Shown: in pieces, positions 50,230-62,971 of the stretch
Numbering within the stretch: position 1 is the first letter of the stretch
Layout of the letters: each line of letters opens with the position of its first letter
NCBI GenBank assembly: GCA_964270895.1
Contig: OZ185440.1
Direction: 5' to 3' (one strand)
Length of the DNA stretch: 64,000 nt
Origin: Podarcis filfolensis
Taxonomy: Eukaryota
Notes under the pieces: model-generated
Databases searched by the model: none
Seen by the model: only the letters and a program-made list of their open reading frames with translations
What the model was told of the DNA's origin: nothing
Made by a program: the position numbers and the translations under genes

Positions 50230-50428
50230 CCCTAGAGATATAGTCTTTTAGCAGGAACTGCTGTTAAATTTCGGAAACCCATCTAACTACTTAGTGAAAA
50301 CATGGATCAATGAGCTTCAATGATGACAATCTTTCATAACCCATTTATACCATGGAGGTTAGGGAGAAATCAAAGTGCATCTTTACTAGATTATTGTAAG
50401 TCCGGTTACAATAGCAAGTTCAACATAC

Positions 50429-50524
50429 CTTCAATTGGTCTATCAAAATTTGTAGATAAGCATCAGCTTCTGTAAGTTTTTTATCAAAATCTTGGACACT
50501 GGGAACAAATCCAGGATCCACACC
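50429..50524 (-). CDS. OSBPL9: ORP9 exon [32 protein letters not shown]
   Basis: Near identity to recalled human sequence; AG/GTATGT flanks. Confidence 0.97.
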
Positions 50525-51141
50525 CTATGTAAGAGAAATGCATTACATTTGAACATATTTACAGAACACACTGAACAGCACCTCATTAGCTGCAAGATTG
50601 AACTGGGCAAATTTCAAAACCATGGAATAACCTGCCTAGATACACTTTAAAGAATGAAAAAGGCTAGAACATTATATTATTCCTACAGCATAGTGAAATG
50701 ATTAACTCACTGCGAGGACTAGGGCTCTCCTAGCACTATTCTAAAGCCTAAATATTATGTTCTTGTGAGGTTAACTATTTTGCTACGTAAGCCACATCAC
50801 AGCAAAATTGTTACTAAGGTGAAGCATCCAATACTCTTCCAACTAAAGTTTCCTTGTAAAACCAGGCCTTACAAATGAATTCTCAAATAATAGAAATAGA
50901 AGCAACAATCCAGAGCAGCTCAATTGTTCAAGCCTATACGTGTTTACTCTGAAAGAAGTCCCGCAGTGTTCAATAGATCATATCCCCAGGATAAATACAC
51001 ACAAGACTGTGCTGAAAATCTACACTGGATTGTGACCACAGATGAATCAAGAAGAAAGGGTATTTCCACACCTCTGCTTTTTTCCTGCTTTTTCATCTAC
51101 TTCATTTAAACAGCCTCTCTTATCCTCCTCCAAAATGCATA

Positions 51142-51531
51142 AAAAGGTAAAGGTAAAGGACCCCTGACACTTAAGTCCAGTCGCAGACGATTCTGGGGTT
51201 GCGGCGCTCATCTCGCTTTACAGGCCGAGGGAGCCGGCATTTGTCCACAGACAGTTTTTCCAGGTCATGTGGCCAACATGACTAAGCCCCTTCTGTCACA
51301 ACGGAACACCGAAACCAGAGCACACAGAAACACTGTTTACCTTCCCGCAGAGCGGTACCTATTTATAAGTAGCTAATACTTGCACTTTGGGTGTGCTTTT
51401 GAACTGCTAGATTGGCAGGAGCTGGGACCAAACAACGGGAGCCTCCCATCGTGGGGATTTGAACCGCTGACCTTCTGATCGGCAAGCCCAAGAGGCTCAG
51501 TGGTTTAGACCACAGCGCCACCTACGTCCCT
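51142..51531 (-). mobile_element. Full-length Sauria SINE with about 13-bp TSD
   Basis: Head GGGACGTAGGTGGCGCTGTGG, (ACCTTT)n tail; TSD TCCAAAATGCATA (51129-51141) and TCCAAAATGGATA (51532-51544). Confidence 0.92.
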
Positions 51532-53079
51532 TCCAAAATGGATATAAGGCTTAAATGCTTATATCCATGTTTTAAATGCTATGTTTTAGCATTTAAATGC
51601 TAAATCCAATGTTTTAAATGCTAAGCAACCTTCACTTTTAAGAGAAGCAATTTTAGAAGACACATACTTTAACAAAAAATATTTAAGGAACAGAAGATTC
51701 CTAACAGAATCCAAACTGTCACTCTTTCACTTCCCTGCATCTGTTTCCACAATAATGTGACCTCTAGTGAAATACGTGCAGTGCTTCTATCATAGCTATC
51801 TTTCACATGCATGTAAATGACATAAAATGCTACAAACTTCATTCAGTTTTAAATGTTAGTTAACTCATTTACATTTTATGTATTTCAGTGAGCATTTGCA
51901 TTATTTCCAATGAAAACGAAGTTAAATATACTCAAGTCTTAGAGGTATTAAAAAACCAAGTAATTAAGCTATTAGCATTATGTTACAAGTTCTGCACTAC
52001 ATTCCTTTTTAAACTAGTATGATTACTAAGCTATTTAAGTACCTCAGCATTCATTAGAAAGCAATTCTACCTGACCAGGTTATATAAAAGAGGCCTTATA
52101 AGCTCACTCACCAGAACATGGGAGCCAATTGTGACTTCTGAAATGCATAAATTCCTTCTGAAGTACCACAGAAGTGCACACTGAATGCTCAAAATGGCCA
52201 CAGAACAGTGCTTGAGTCCCTTTGGGCATCCTGTACATTTGCTACTCTTTCCTTCCTGTGAAATGCCTAAAGGTATGTGATCCTTGTTAGAGTTATACCT
52301 TATTTGCTGTAGAAGTCTGAATGATCCTTAAAATGAACTGGGATGTTTGCCCCACATTATGTAACATTTAGGACATAGCATGACCACTACAAGAAATACA
52401 CTACAAATGCTACCTGCCCAACATTGTTTCACCAGCAAGTATTTGGCTCTTGAAATTCTTTAGAAAAAAATCAGGGTCTACCCAGCAACTGTAGAGCCTA
52501 CCCTCTCCCCATTGTTTCTAGGACCAATTTTCCTAATCTGCAAAGAAATACACCCACTTTCCAGAGAGTCATGGAAACATGTTGGGCATATGCTGAGGGA
52601 AGGAAGGATCACAAGATCCTTTAGTTGTGGGAAGCATTTCTAATCACTGGGAGAGATTGGCTTCCATGTCCATTCTGGGCTACAGGACCAAGTTCCTATG
52701 ACCTCTTGGAAGTAACTGAAGCATTTCAGTATGTCTTCTTATTTGAATAATGTTGTATGCTTTAACAGTGTACACTACTTTGATGTTCCATGACACAGCG
52801 GTATAGAAATCCTTTTCTAAATAAAACGTAACTCAAACCTACATACTGTGAAAGAAGCTGATTTCAATAGGATGTGAAAGGAAAACTAACTTTCCTGCAG
52901 CCGAAATACGAACTAGGCTAACCATCGAGTGGGTTTTAGAAACGATCTCCTTATATCGCGGTCGAGGTGATCAAACTGGAACTGCTTGTTTTTAAACAGC
53001 AAAGTCAGTGGCAGTAATTAGCCACTTCCACCAATGGCAGACAATGGAGCCTGCCGGACTGAAATCAGGCAGGGCTGCT

Positions 53080-54400
53080 GGGGGGGGGTGAGTGCACCCC
53101 CTGGTGTAGCGCGCACACAAGCGCCGCGCTCTTCCTCTCCTGCGATCAATGGCTAGAGCTGCTGCGTGCGATCCCCGGCCCCGGCTGCAGGTACAGGTTC
53201 AGGGCCGCGGGCTTCGCAGCCCGCCCCCTCTCCTCCCCACCCACCCCGATTATACACGGGGTCGACCACAGAACCGAGGCGTCCGGGTGGGCCTCCGTAA
53301 GCGCAGGCTGACGGAGATCGAGGGCGCCCCCTCCTGCCAATGTCAACGCTGCGCCGCCCCAACGCCCGGCCCTACTCACGCAAGCCATGCTTCCTCCCCT
53401 CCCGGGCACGCTGCCGGGCGGGGTCTGTCGTCGGCTGGGCCCCCTGCCCGCAGGGAAGCCGCGTCCCCAGCCCGCCGCTCGAGAGCAGCGAGGCTCTCCT
53501 TCGCACCGAGCCGGCTCCCGATTGGCTGCGGGTCAGGTGCCTCCCAGCCCGGCCCTTTCCTCTCCCCCGCCCCGCGCACCGACTGAGAGGGGGACGCATA
53601 ATAGCCATACACACCGGGCTGCTTCCTTCCAGCCGGCGCTGCCGGCTTCCTCCCGCTTTCTCTCGAGGGCATCCTTCGTCCCGGGAATCTCCCGCCTTCA
53701 GCGGTAGCCTCTACCCAGCAAGGCTGCAATCGGGGCAGGAAGACCAAATCGCCGCGCGCTGAAAGGAAGCCCTGATTGGAAGGGCTGCCTTGGAATCCGC
53801 AGCACCGACTGACCTCGGCCGCCGCCTCGCTACCCAGCGGGCTGCTTGGAGTCTAACCTCACGCGCAGCGCCACGGAGGACACGGGCTCATCCGGATATG
53901 TCACCCGCCCCCTGCCTTCTTGCATCATCTGAAATGCCTCCGGCAGCTTTCTTGTTATTGGCTACAGCGCCGATCGCTCTTTTCCATTTCGCAATCCTGA
54001 CCCCCGTTTTACCTACGAGCGGACTTACTTCTGAGCAGGCATGGCTAAGATGCTAAGACTAACTTTTCGCATCCGCCTAGATTTCTGTAGCTCACTGTCC
54101 TTCACCACCTTTAAGCGCAGCGTGTGCACAGTTTCTGCAGAACGCAGTTAAGAACCTTTGCAAGGCTAGGCCTGCGAATCCTGACTATTTGGAATTGGGT
54201 ATCACTGGCGTGGATCCAGGCTAGACCAATTCCACTCTGCGCATCGGGGTTTTTCCGCCCAGCAGTCCCTTACACTGCCTGGAAAGCTGCTCCTGTCAGA
54301 GGAATCTTCACCATAGCAGGAGGCGGGGCTGCGGCCAGAGGAAAATCTAGTTTCCCCGATTTCCAGCACCTTTTGGGGGGGGGCGACACACGGAGCAGCC
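53080..54400 (-). promoter_or_regulatory. OSBPL9: Intronic CpG island, internal promoter of OSBPL9
   Basis: Abrupt GC/CpG-rich block in AT-rich DNA; CCAAT boxes on the - strand at about 53521, 53776 and 53957; GC box CCCGCCCC at about 53566. Confidence 0.85.
53380..53388 (-). CDS. OSBPL9: Candidate alternative first coding exon Met-Ala-Cys
   Basis: GGAAGC-ATG-GCT-TGC followed by GTGAGT; strong Kozak (A at -3, G at +4); phase 0 matches the exon at 50524. Confidence 0.75.
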
Positions 54401-55331
54401 ATGAGAAGGGGAGCATAAAACATCACCTGGCCTGAATGCGGCTTAAGCCCAAGTAAAGCATGCTTCAGTGCCAAGCTGCCATTTTCTAACGTTTCTCACT
54501 TGAAACGTCACTATGATTGATGCCCATTAATATTAGGCAGTTGTGCCTCTGCATTTGCTCACTACCTTAAATATTAAAAGTGCACCTGCTGTTATCCATA
54601 GCTGGTGCCAGTGTCTCCAAAGAAATCCCTTTCTGTGATAGCACCTTGGAGTGGCTAATATTCTCAGGAGGAATATTTACATAGCAAAGGTTTCAAAGCA
54701 AGAATATGCAGGTTTAGTTTTGTTTGGTTCCCTTTCCCCTTCTGCCAATGTGCAACACAGACAGCACTAATTTCTCCATCATTATGCACTACAAAAACAC
54801 AGGAGTTGGGATGTGTTTCTGTATAGTTCAGTGTTATTTGTATGCTACCATAAGCAATGCTTGATAAGCAAGATTTTGGCAAAGAGTACAGGTTCATTAT
54901 TTGGATGAACTGGAGATCCAGAGGTGCAGTGACTTGAAAATTCCTGCAATGATCTTAACATTGCCTCCATTCTTTTTTTTTTTTTTAATCCAAGGCTTTG
55001 TTTCAGGTAAAGAAAATAGAAATTAAAACTGCGAACAGGTCATTGAGTAGAGTCCACATAACAATCATCACAGGAATCTTCCCATCATTGTATTCTTAGA
55101 TCTCCAGTTCAGTTACAAAGGTTTCTCATTCACAGACCGGCAATAATGTAAAATTTGTCAACTGAGGTGCTATATTTGCAAGATGGAGACATGATATATG
55201 GCTTAATTTCACAATAAATGTAAGAACAAATATACACTCATGGAATAGAGATTAGTATGGATTACATTTTATACAGGTATTATGCAGAACATATGCATCT
55301 CTTTTAGCTTAGGCTAAACTGACTAACGCAC

Positions 55332-55408
55332 CTGAAGCTGAAGAGTATGACGAAGGATGGTTTCCTCTAAAGCATGAATCCATTTCTCTCTCTCATCAGC
55401 ATCTCGAG
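55332..55408 (-). CDS. OSBPL9: ORP9 exon (A)[25 protein letters not shown] (C-terminal helix of PH domain)
   Basis: Identical to recalled human sequence; CAG/GTGCGT flanks. Confidence 0.97.
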
Positions 55409-58400
55409 CTGGAAGAGTATTAAAAATATACTTAAGTGGCCTTAAAGAAACAACTGGAAACTTAAACCAATCCCAGGTCAGTAATAAAATGTCCTGTTAG
55501 TTAAGCAAAGCTAATCAAATGAAAATTGCTTGCTGAGAGACAAGCCTACATTATAGCTAATGAGAAAGTTTGAAGATATTGTGAAAAATAAGTACATGAC
55601 TGAAATCCGAACACAGTTTTTATGGCAACTACAGTACAAATACTCCTGAATATTAGCTAAACTGAAATAATTCACAATTCCATACTAGTATGTCCCAAGC
55701 AATAGCTATCAACTTGTACTTGTAGCCATCTTAAGGATGGAAATATATGGGAACGGAAGAAATGAACTGATTCAAGGTCCTCCATTTATAAAATGACAAG
55801 ACAGCCAGACAGCTGCAATGCTCCCATCCTGTCTATTATATTTCTAGTCCACATTATATTACTTATTTTAGAGAATGGAGCTAGTTTTTACATAGTTCAC
55901 TTACATGGTAACTTCCAGCGGTTCTACTTTCATTTTAAATGCATCCAAAAAATCCTATACATAAAAAGCAAGCTCCGGCATTCAAGATATCACAAATCTA
56001 GCATGAGAGAAACATGGATTTCAGACCAGTTCATGCAGATTAAGAGGTGGGACTATGCAGGTAACAGCTGCCTCAGAACAAAGTAAACAAGCTGCAATCT
56101 GGGAATAGCTGAAAGTGGAGAAGATACAGCATGAATATACTATCAGAAGTCCTGCACTACAGGCACCTCATTTGCTGAGGCCCTCTGTGGTTTTGACATT
56201 CTGCTATTCTTAATGATAACTGAGTCAAAATTGAAACTGATAGGATCTTCAGAGTTTATTGGAAGTACATCTGCACACTTCTAAGCAATAAAAAGTCTTT
56301 TAAAAAGGGTATGTAAATAACTCAAAATGCAAAGGTGGGCAATAATTCAAATGGTGAAATTTTGTTTTCATTCAGTGAATCAAGCACAGATATAGTAATC
56401 AAAATAGCTCACTCAGTGCAATAGATATCTGGGGGAAGAATCACAGTTAAGCAAGCAAAGATGCTGAAACATTGGCCTGCCTCCAGTCCAGTCACCCTAA
56501 CTCAAAGATTCACAGCTGTCTGTTTCACAGATGAAGTAGGTCAATACTCTGCCAAGAAACTGAAAAAATCAGCATGTGATATGTGAGCCAGGAAGGAGCT
56601 TGGTGTACTCCTAAATACTGCCCACACTTCTATGGGAAGGATGTGGTCACACTTCAAGCATCCTGAAACTAGTCTGCTTATAACAAAGTCCTATGGCACT
56701 TTAAAGATTAACAAGTTTATTCTGGCATAAGCTTTTGTAGCAGGAGCAGCTACAATATTAAAAGCAGCTTCTAATAGTGTTAGGTTTATATATGTAATTA
56801 ATAAAAAGACAACACACATCTAGGTCCTGCAAAGCTCACAGGGTCAAATCACTGCTTGATCATGGAGCTCAGTGTATGAGTGTTCACACAGATGGGTCCA
56901 AAAGTCAGTAAACTAAATAGATTCAAAATGCTGTAAACAAATGTTACATTCACATTTGCCATAGCAATTACATCAAAGCAGCTATTTACGTTACTGCAAA
57001 TATTCAGATTTATCCTGGTATGTTCAGCCTTTTAATTATCAGTGCATATTTTATTGCGGTACTGCATCAATATTGCAGCCTTGTAGTAGCTAAGTGACAG
57101 TTCAATTTATGGAAGCAATATTACAGTGTTGTTCATATTACCCAGTGAGGGAATAGATGAACTGTAGACAGAACAGGCCCACAAAACCAAGATAAACATC
57201 ACGAATCCCTAGAGACTGCCAAGAGCCAGCAGCCTTCTCAAGCTAGAACTAAGCATTAAAACTGAGGTATGATTCACAGCTCATTTTTCCCACTGGCACC
57301 ATAACAACTAGAAATAAAATTTTGATATTATGTCAGTATGATGTCAAGCTTCCCCCATCTCCACAAGTGGCAGCCTATGAAATGGAGCAGGGGTGGGATG
57401 TCTGTCAGTACAGTCATGTTACAACATATATATCACACATGGAGGAGGGGGCAGATTACAAACTGACTTCAACAGCCCCATAGTAAAATATGTTACTGTG
57501 ATCAGGTAAGAAATTATGAAGACATGCATAAGTACTACAAGGTCTGAATCAGCCCAAAAGGGTAGCAGTTTTCTCATTGGCTAGTGTTGGACAAAAGAGC
57601 ACCTAATCACCATTAAAACCCTGATTTCTAGGTACCACAATAGAGCCACATATACGTCAGATAACTAACTAACTAATGGAGGTTCATCTCTATTAATTAT
57701 AAACCAGTGTTCCACTAATCCCTATGTCAAAGGTACTGATTCTTGGTCTTCCTAAATTTAGTTTCAGTATGCTTGCTTTTAGTTCCAACCACTGAATAAA
57801 CACACGATAATATAGGTCTTAGGACATGTAAAAGTGGTGATACTGAGCTCTTTTGTCAGTCAGATGATGAAATGATGACACCCAGCAGCATCATATACTT
57901 GTTTAACAGGATTGGAAACAGGAGCAAACACTGCAAATTTGGCACAGGAAAGATAAGCAACCATTACTCACTGGGGCCTCCCTCCCAGGAATCTGCAGGC
58001 ACAGACTGGAAATCTACCCCACCCCCATAGATTTCTCAGCATCAGCATCCAAATTTCAGACACAGAATCAAGTGAGGAATGTTAGCAATCCTGAAAAGAG
58101 CAACTCAAAAGCCATCTCATTTAACCACCGCCAGTGCCCACAACTGCACAAAGGCTGCATCTCAAGGTAGTGTGAGCGTCATGACTGAGAACTCTTGCAG
58201 TAGCACCTAAGCCCTACATATCAATTTGGGACAATGGATATATATTTAATATTCTAAACTTGCCCATTGATATTCACCATGCTGAGGATTAACATACAGG
58301 CGCACTACTTCATGATCAAAGTATTATTTCCATTACTGAACCATATCTGAGTTAAGAGGCCTCCTAGTTTGTGCCAAAAGGCACAAAGTACATGATGGGT

Positions 58401-60348
58401 CCTGAAGTTACCGAGCCATTGCATGCTCAGCAACCTTCCAAAATATCAACACATTTGGAATTGTATCCAACTATGTCATTGTGTGCATGGAACAATTTCT
58501 GTGAGAACATTGGAACTTCTTGCTCTCTTTTCTTACTCATCACCAGCATTGTCCCCAAATCTAATCTGGATGATTAGTAGAACCCACCAGAGTAAATATG
58601 ATGAGTGTACAGGAGGAAGAGAGGCAAAGAGAAGTTTCGTTTCATGCAGACAACTGTTTAGTTAAAGACAGCTTTTGGAAAATAACACAGAAAGAAACTG
58701 AAGAAAACTAATTTCCTTTACACATAATTAGAAGCTATCCTGTGCCCTAAGCTTCCTGGAGGAAAACATTTATAACCCCCTACCCCAAAAAGAACAGTTT
58801 TCCCTAGTTGTCTCTCACTAAGAAGGGCTGGTGTTGCATTAGCCATTCACTCACATGCATCCTCTGGTGACCTCTGATGTCATTAACTGACATGTCTCAA
58901 ACTCCCACCATTGCAAGAAAGGCTTTAGCTATGGTTTCTGCCTGTTGCGTGGCTGCTAAGAGCAATTCTCAGGGACTATTTAAAAAGGAGGATAAATGGA
59001 TGATGGCGATAAAGGGACTACTTTGTAGTACACTGTGACTATGCTGTGAAACACTGAACAAAGTTGCTCCACCTTGGTTTCCACATAATTACAAATTCAG
59101 GGGATGTATAATTGAGGACTGCTTGGTGTGTGGATTATTTAAAGTTTGCATAGCTTGAGTATGTGGACAGGATTCATAGACACTGTCTTCATTGCAGGGG
59201 GTTGGAGTAGATAACTCTTGGGCTGCCTTCCAACTCAACAATTCTGATTCTATAAACAGAACAAGTCTACGCCTCCTATGTCATTAATATTGATGCTTTG
59301 GTAACGCAGAAGTCCCACATCTAGCCACAACTCAGAGTGAAGAGAGGGTTGTGTGGTCTCTCAGCAAGCACAAAGGCAGGTAATATTTGGGGGACCTCCT
59401 CCCAAAAAGAAGTTTCTAGTATAACAATATGTATAGGATCCATTTTCTGTGGGCAGGCTACATTTAACGTTACAATAAGATAAATTTAGTGAATATATTA
59501 TGATTAATGGATATATTTCAGATTTGAGAATATTACTTCAGAGATTTAGGTTAGGGGTGGGCAATCTGTGACCCGTAGTCTAATTTCATGTGTCCCTATG
59601 CACTTTGAGCTCTTTTCCCACCTAACTGCTAGCTTTGGCTCTACCCACTGCTCACATATGGCTCCTAACTGATTGCCCTTGAAATAATATGCCCCATTCA
59701 GAGTTCTTCATCCCTAGCGTAGACTAATTTCACTGCAAGGATTCTCTACTTCAGTTCATCCCTCCAAATATCAACAGAAATCTTGTCTCAGAATAAAGGT
59801 TTCTCTGTTACTGAACAATGGACCATCATGTATCAGTAACTGTGACATTTATAAAGCATACCTCCAGTGGATCTGCAGAGAAGACAAGATCATCTTTAAA
59901 CCCAATGACAGATGTAACACTAGTTATGGTGCTAAAAATGCAAGCTTTTATCTATCTGAAGGCCCAATATAACCAAATAAGGGAAGGTTCTTGAGGATGA
60001 CATCAGAACACATTTCAATAACCATATTTCAAAAGCCATACAAGTATTTTCAGGAAAAAAATTACAATGTAGCAAAGGATGAAATGTTCCCCATTTTCTT
60101 CTTAGAAAAGTAGTGTTCAGTTGGGCATAGGCAGGGCCAGGATTAGCAAAGCAAGCGGGCCCTCATATCTGGCTCCAGCTGTAGTAAGGGAGGGAGGATG
60201 TACAGGTAAGGAATGGCATTATGATAAGAAACTAGAATTCTCATTCCTATTCCATTTTACCCCAATCCATCAAATTCAAATGAAAGCACTGAAGGACAGC
60301 TAGACGTTCCAACATTAGTAAAGCGTCTCCTCCCTCAAAGAGGGTACG

Positions 60349-61113
60349 TGTTGCGGTGAGACCTAGAGACTGCCCTCCTGTGTTGTGGGTGGGTATATTG
60401 GACTAGCCACAACACCTGATTGGTAGGTCCCTCATTGCTGGGTGCAGCTGGCCAATGGGGTGCAGTCTAAACTGATCAAGGGACCTATATATGCCTATGC
60501 ACGTGACCCAGAGCTTCCTCTTTCGGCTCGTGCATCGGAACACCCGCCCACCTCTCCCTATATTTACGATATTTTGTGACTGACCTTGCTATGCCATCAT
60601 GTGTCGTCTGTCGTTGGGACAGGGGCACATCAGGAATTTTCCCCTCTTGGCTGATTGGCTGTTGCCATTTGGGTTTCACCTGCCACATAGCAAATCGTCA
60701 CAACTTGTAAGGTTGCTGATAGGCACTGGTTCAGGTGATAGGGATGGGAGAACTGTCTCGCCATCCCTATGTGAAGGGTATTCCGTTAAAGGAATCCAGG
60801 GACTCAACTTGGTTTGGTCAACCCCCAAGCGCAGGTTGTGCCCATGCCTGAGTCCAGGGGAGCATCTGGGGAGTGGACATAGTCCGTTCCTGGGCTTTCC
60901 CCCAACTTCAGGTGTTCACCCTTGGCTGACCTATGATAGAGCTCTGGGTCAGCGCTACCTGCAAGGGTGCAGGGAGCTATTCGAACCAGAGCCTATGCAA
61001 CCGCTCACTTTCTGTAATAAAATTGTGGCCTAAATTCTGCCAAAAACCAAACTAAAATTTGAGTCAAATGTGTCTTTATTTAGGGGGGAGGTCTCTGGGT
61101 CTGAACACGCAAA
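60349..61113 (+). mobile_element. Probable solo LTR, about 765 bp, antisense to OSBPL9
   Basis: Starts TGTTGCG, ends near CGCAAA; CCAAT 60452, TATATAT 60486, AATAAA 61016; GC/CpG-richer than flanks; no clear TSD. Confidence 0.55.
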
Positions 61114-62812
61114 TGGCCAATTATATTCACAACCATCTAATAAAAAGAAACTTTCCGGTGACTAAATTGGTTAGGCACAGTTACATCATTCCTCCTTATG
61201 AGTAAGGCCGAATGATTTCCAACAACAAAGACCTCACAAGTTAGAGCAAGAAAACAAAGTACATAGGACATAAAGTTCTACATTTATTCAGCATAAAATA
61301 CTATGCATACTTTCAAATGTTAAGTAGTTCTACTGCCACTTGCAAATAATGTGCAAGCACTGTGATTCAAGCAAGTTAGTATTTTATTTTTATTATTTTA
61401 CTATGGGGAAGGGCCTACTAGAACATGCAGTGAATGCAAGCATTCAGTATTAACCAGCAGCTTGATCCAGCAGTTTCCTGGTGGTGCAGAAACAGTAACA
61501 TGCACACTAAGTCCCCTGTCATAAAGCTCTTCTCCACTTGCCTCAGTGCGGGGGAGACTACCCCAACATTAGGAACACTGGGCATAAGGTTACATTGATA
61601 AAGGCACACAATATTCAGTATCAGCATTGGCCATATACTCTGAATAAATCTGTACTTGTAATCTCACCTCTTGTAAATATACTAAAGTGAACCAACATTT
61701 GATAAAAATGCTACATTCCATAGAGGATGCATGTCATCATACAAACTGTATGTGTTGCATACAGATACGATTTTTTAATGTGCATTTTATTTTACATTCA
61801 GTCTTAAATTGATAATGCACCATTGATATTCGTAACTTCTAGTACACATCAGTAACCACTAATCCATATAAGAGCAATTTCCTAACTATGGATTGCCATC
61901 TAAAATAATTTACTTCTAAAAAATGCATCATCATCTTCAATACCTAAACAAGCCAGCAGAAATGCCAAATCATAGAAAAAATAAATTTCATTGAATTAAG
62001 CCAAGACCCTTTAGATACCATGTAAGTTGAATATGTTATTTAAAGGCAGCATTATTAAATACTACTTTGTTCTGCTATAAGGTGTTTATCTCTCAAGAGA
62101 CTTGCCTTTCTGCAGGCAGCAAACACAAAAGCTAGAGAACTGCTGCAAAATTAGAACTGCAGAAGGTATTCCTTTAATAGCTGCAGTTTTCTACTGCAGA
62201 TTTCACCCTTTATCTGCATCATGATACACAATACAGCTGCTACTTTTTGAAGAATGCATGTGATGTGGTCTGTTTGTATTAACAATTAATTAGTTTGCTC
62301 TCAAGAATAAGTTAAGAATATGTTCTCTTTTTGTGTGGAGCTGTAAAAAATTATTAATGATGCTTAATGCAGCTACTGAAAAGCCACATGACAGCAGAGT
62401 CATTAAGACACCATAGCAGAGGATACACAATTTGGATCGTAAGGTTTATCACTGGTACTATTTGAGGAATACTTTGCCAGAATATTAGTGTCCTCAGTAC
62501 TAAATAATAGTGCTGAAGATAAACCACCACAACAGTTTGCAGTTCACAAAAACTAAGTAAAGAATAGCATGAATCAATCTAATTTCTACAACTGAATTCT
62601 CACTGTTTCAAGTAAAGCATTTTATCTGCAACTCATCTGACACTGAAAAGTAAAGAAAAATATCCGATGTCAACAGCAGAGTAAATTACAATTTAAAGGA
62701 AAGATGATAACCAAAAAAATGGGAGCATTTTATAAAAAAGACCATTTATTAGGAATTTCAAAAGGAATTAAGGGAATATATAGAAGTACAAATGAAAAAT
62801 ACAGTACCTTAC

Positions 62813-62971
62813 CCTTTCTACTGGTGAACCATAGCATGCAATGACGAAACATAGCAGTAACAGATGGCATTGGAGTTGTAAATATGAATAAAAAGATAAA
62901 ATAGCAGGAAAATGATGTTTGGCAGACAAGAACAAAGAAATAGAGATGAAATGAATGAGAACTTGTAGATC
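62813..62971 (-). other. Candidate unannotated OSBPL9 exon (159 nt, phase 1/1, stop-free)
   Basis: TTTTTGCTTCAG acceptor, AAGG/GTAAGG donor, open frame joining the exon at 55408. Confidence 0.4.

Noticed and set aside
53146-54474. Cluster of 69-145 aa ORFs on both strands
   Set aside because: Expected from stop-codon scarcity in a CpG island; low-complexity Arg/Pro/Ala/Gly composition with no recognisable domain
60599-61033. 144-aa ORF
   Set aside because: Inside the LTR-like element; no gag/pol/env motifs
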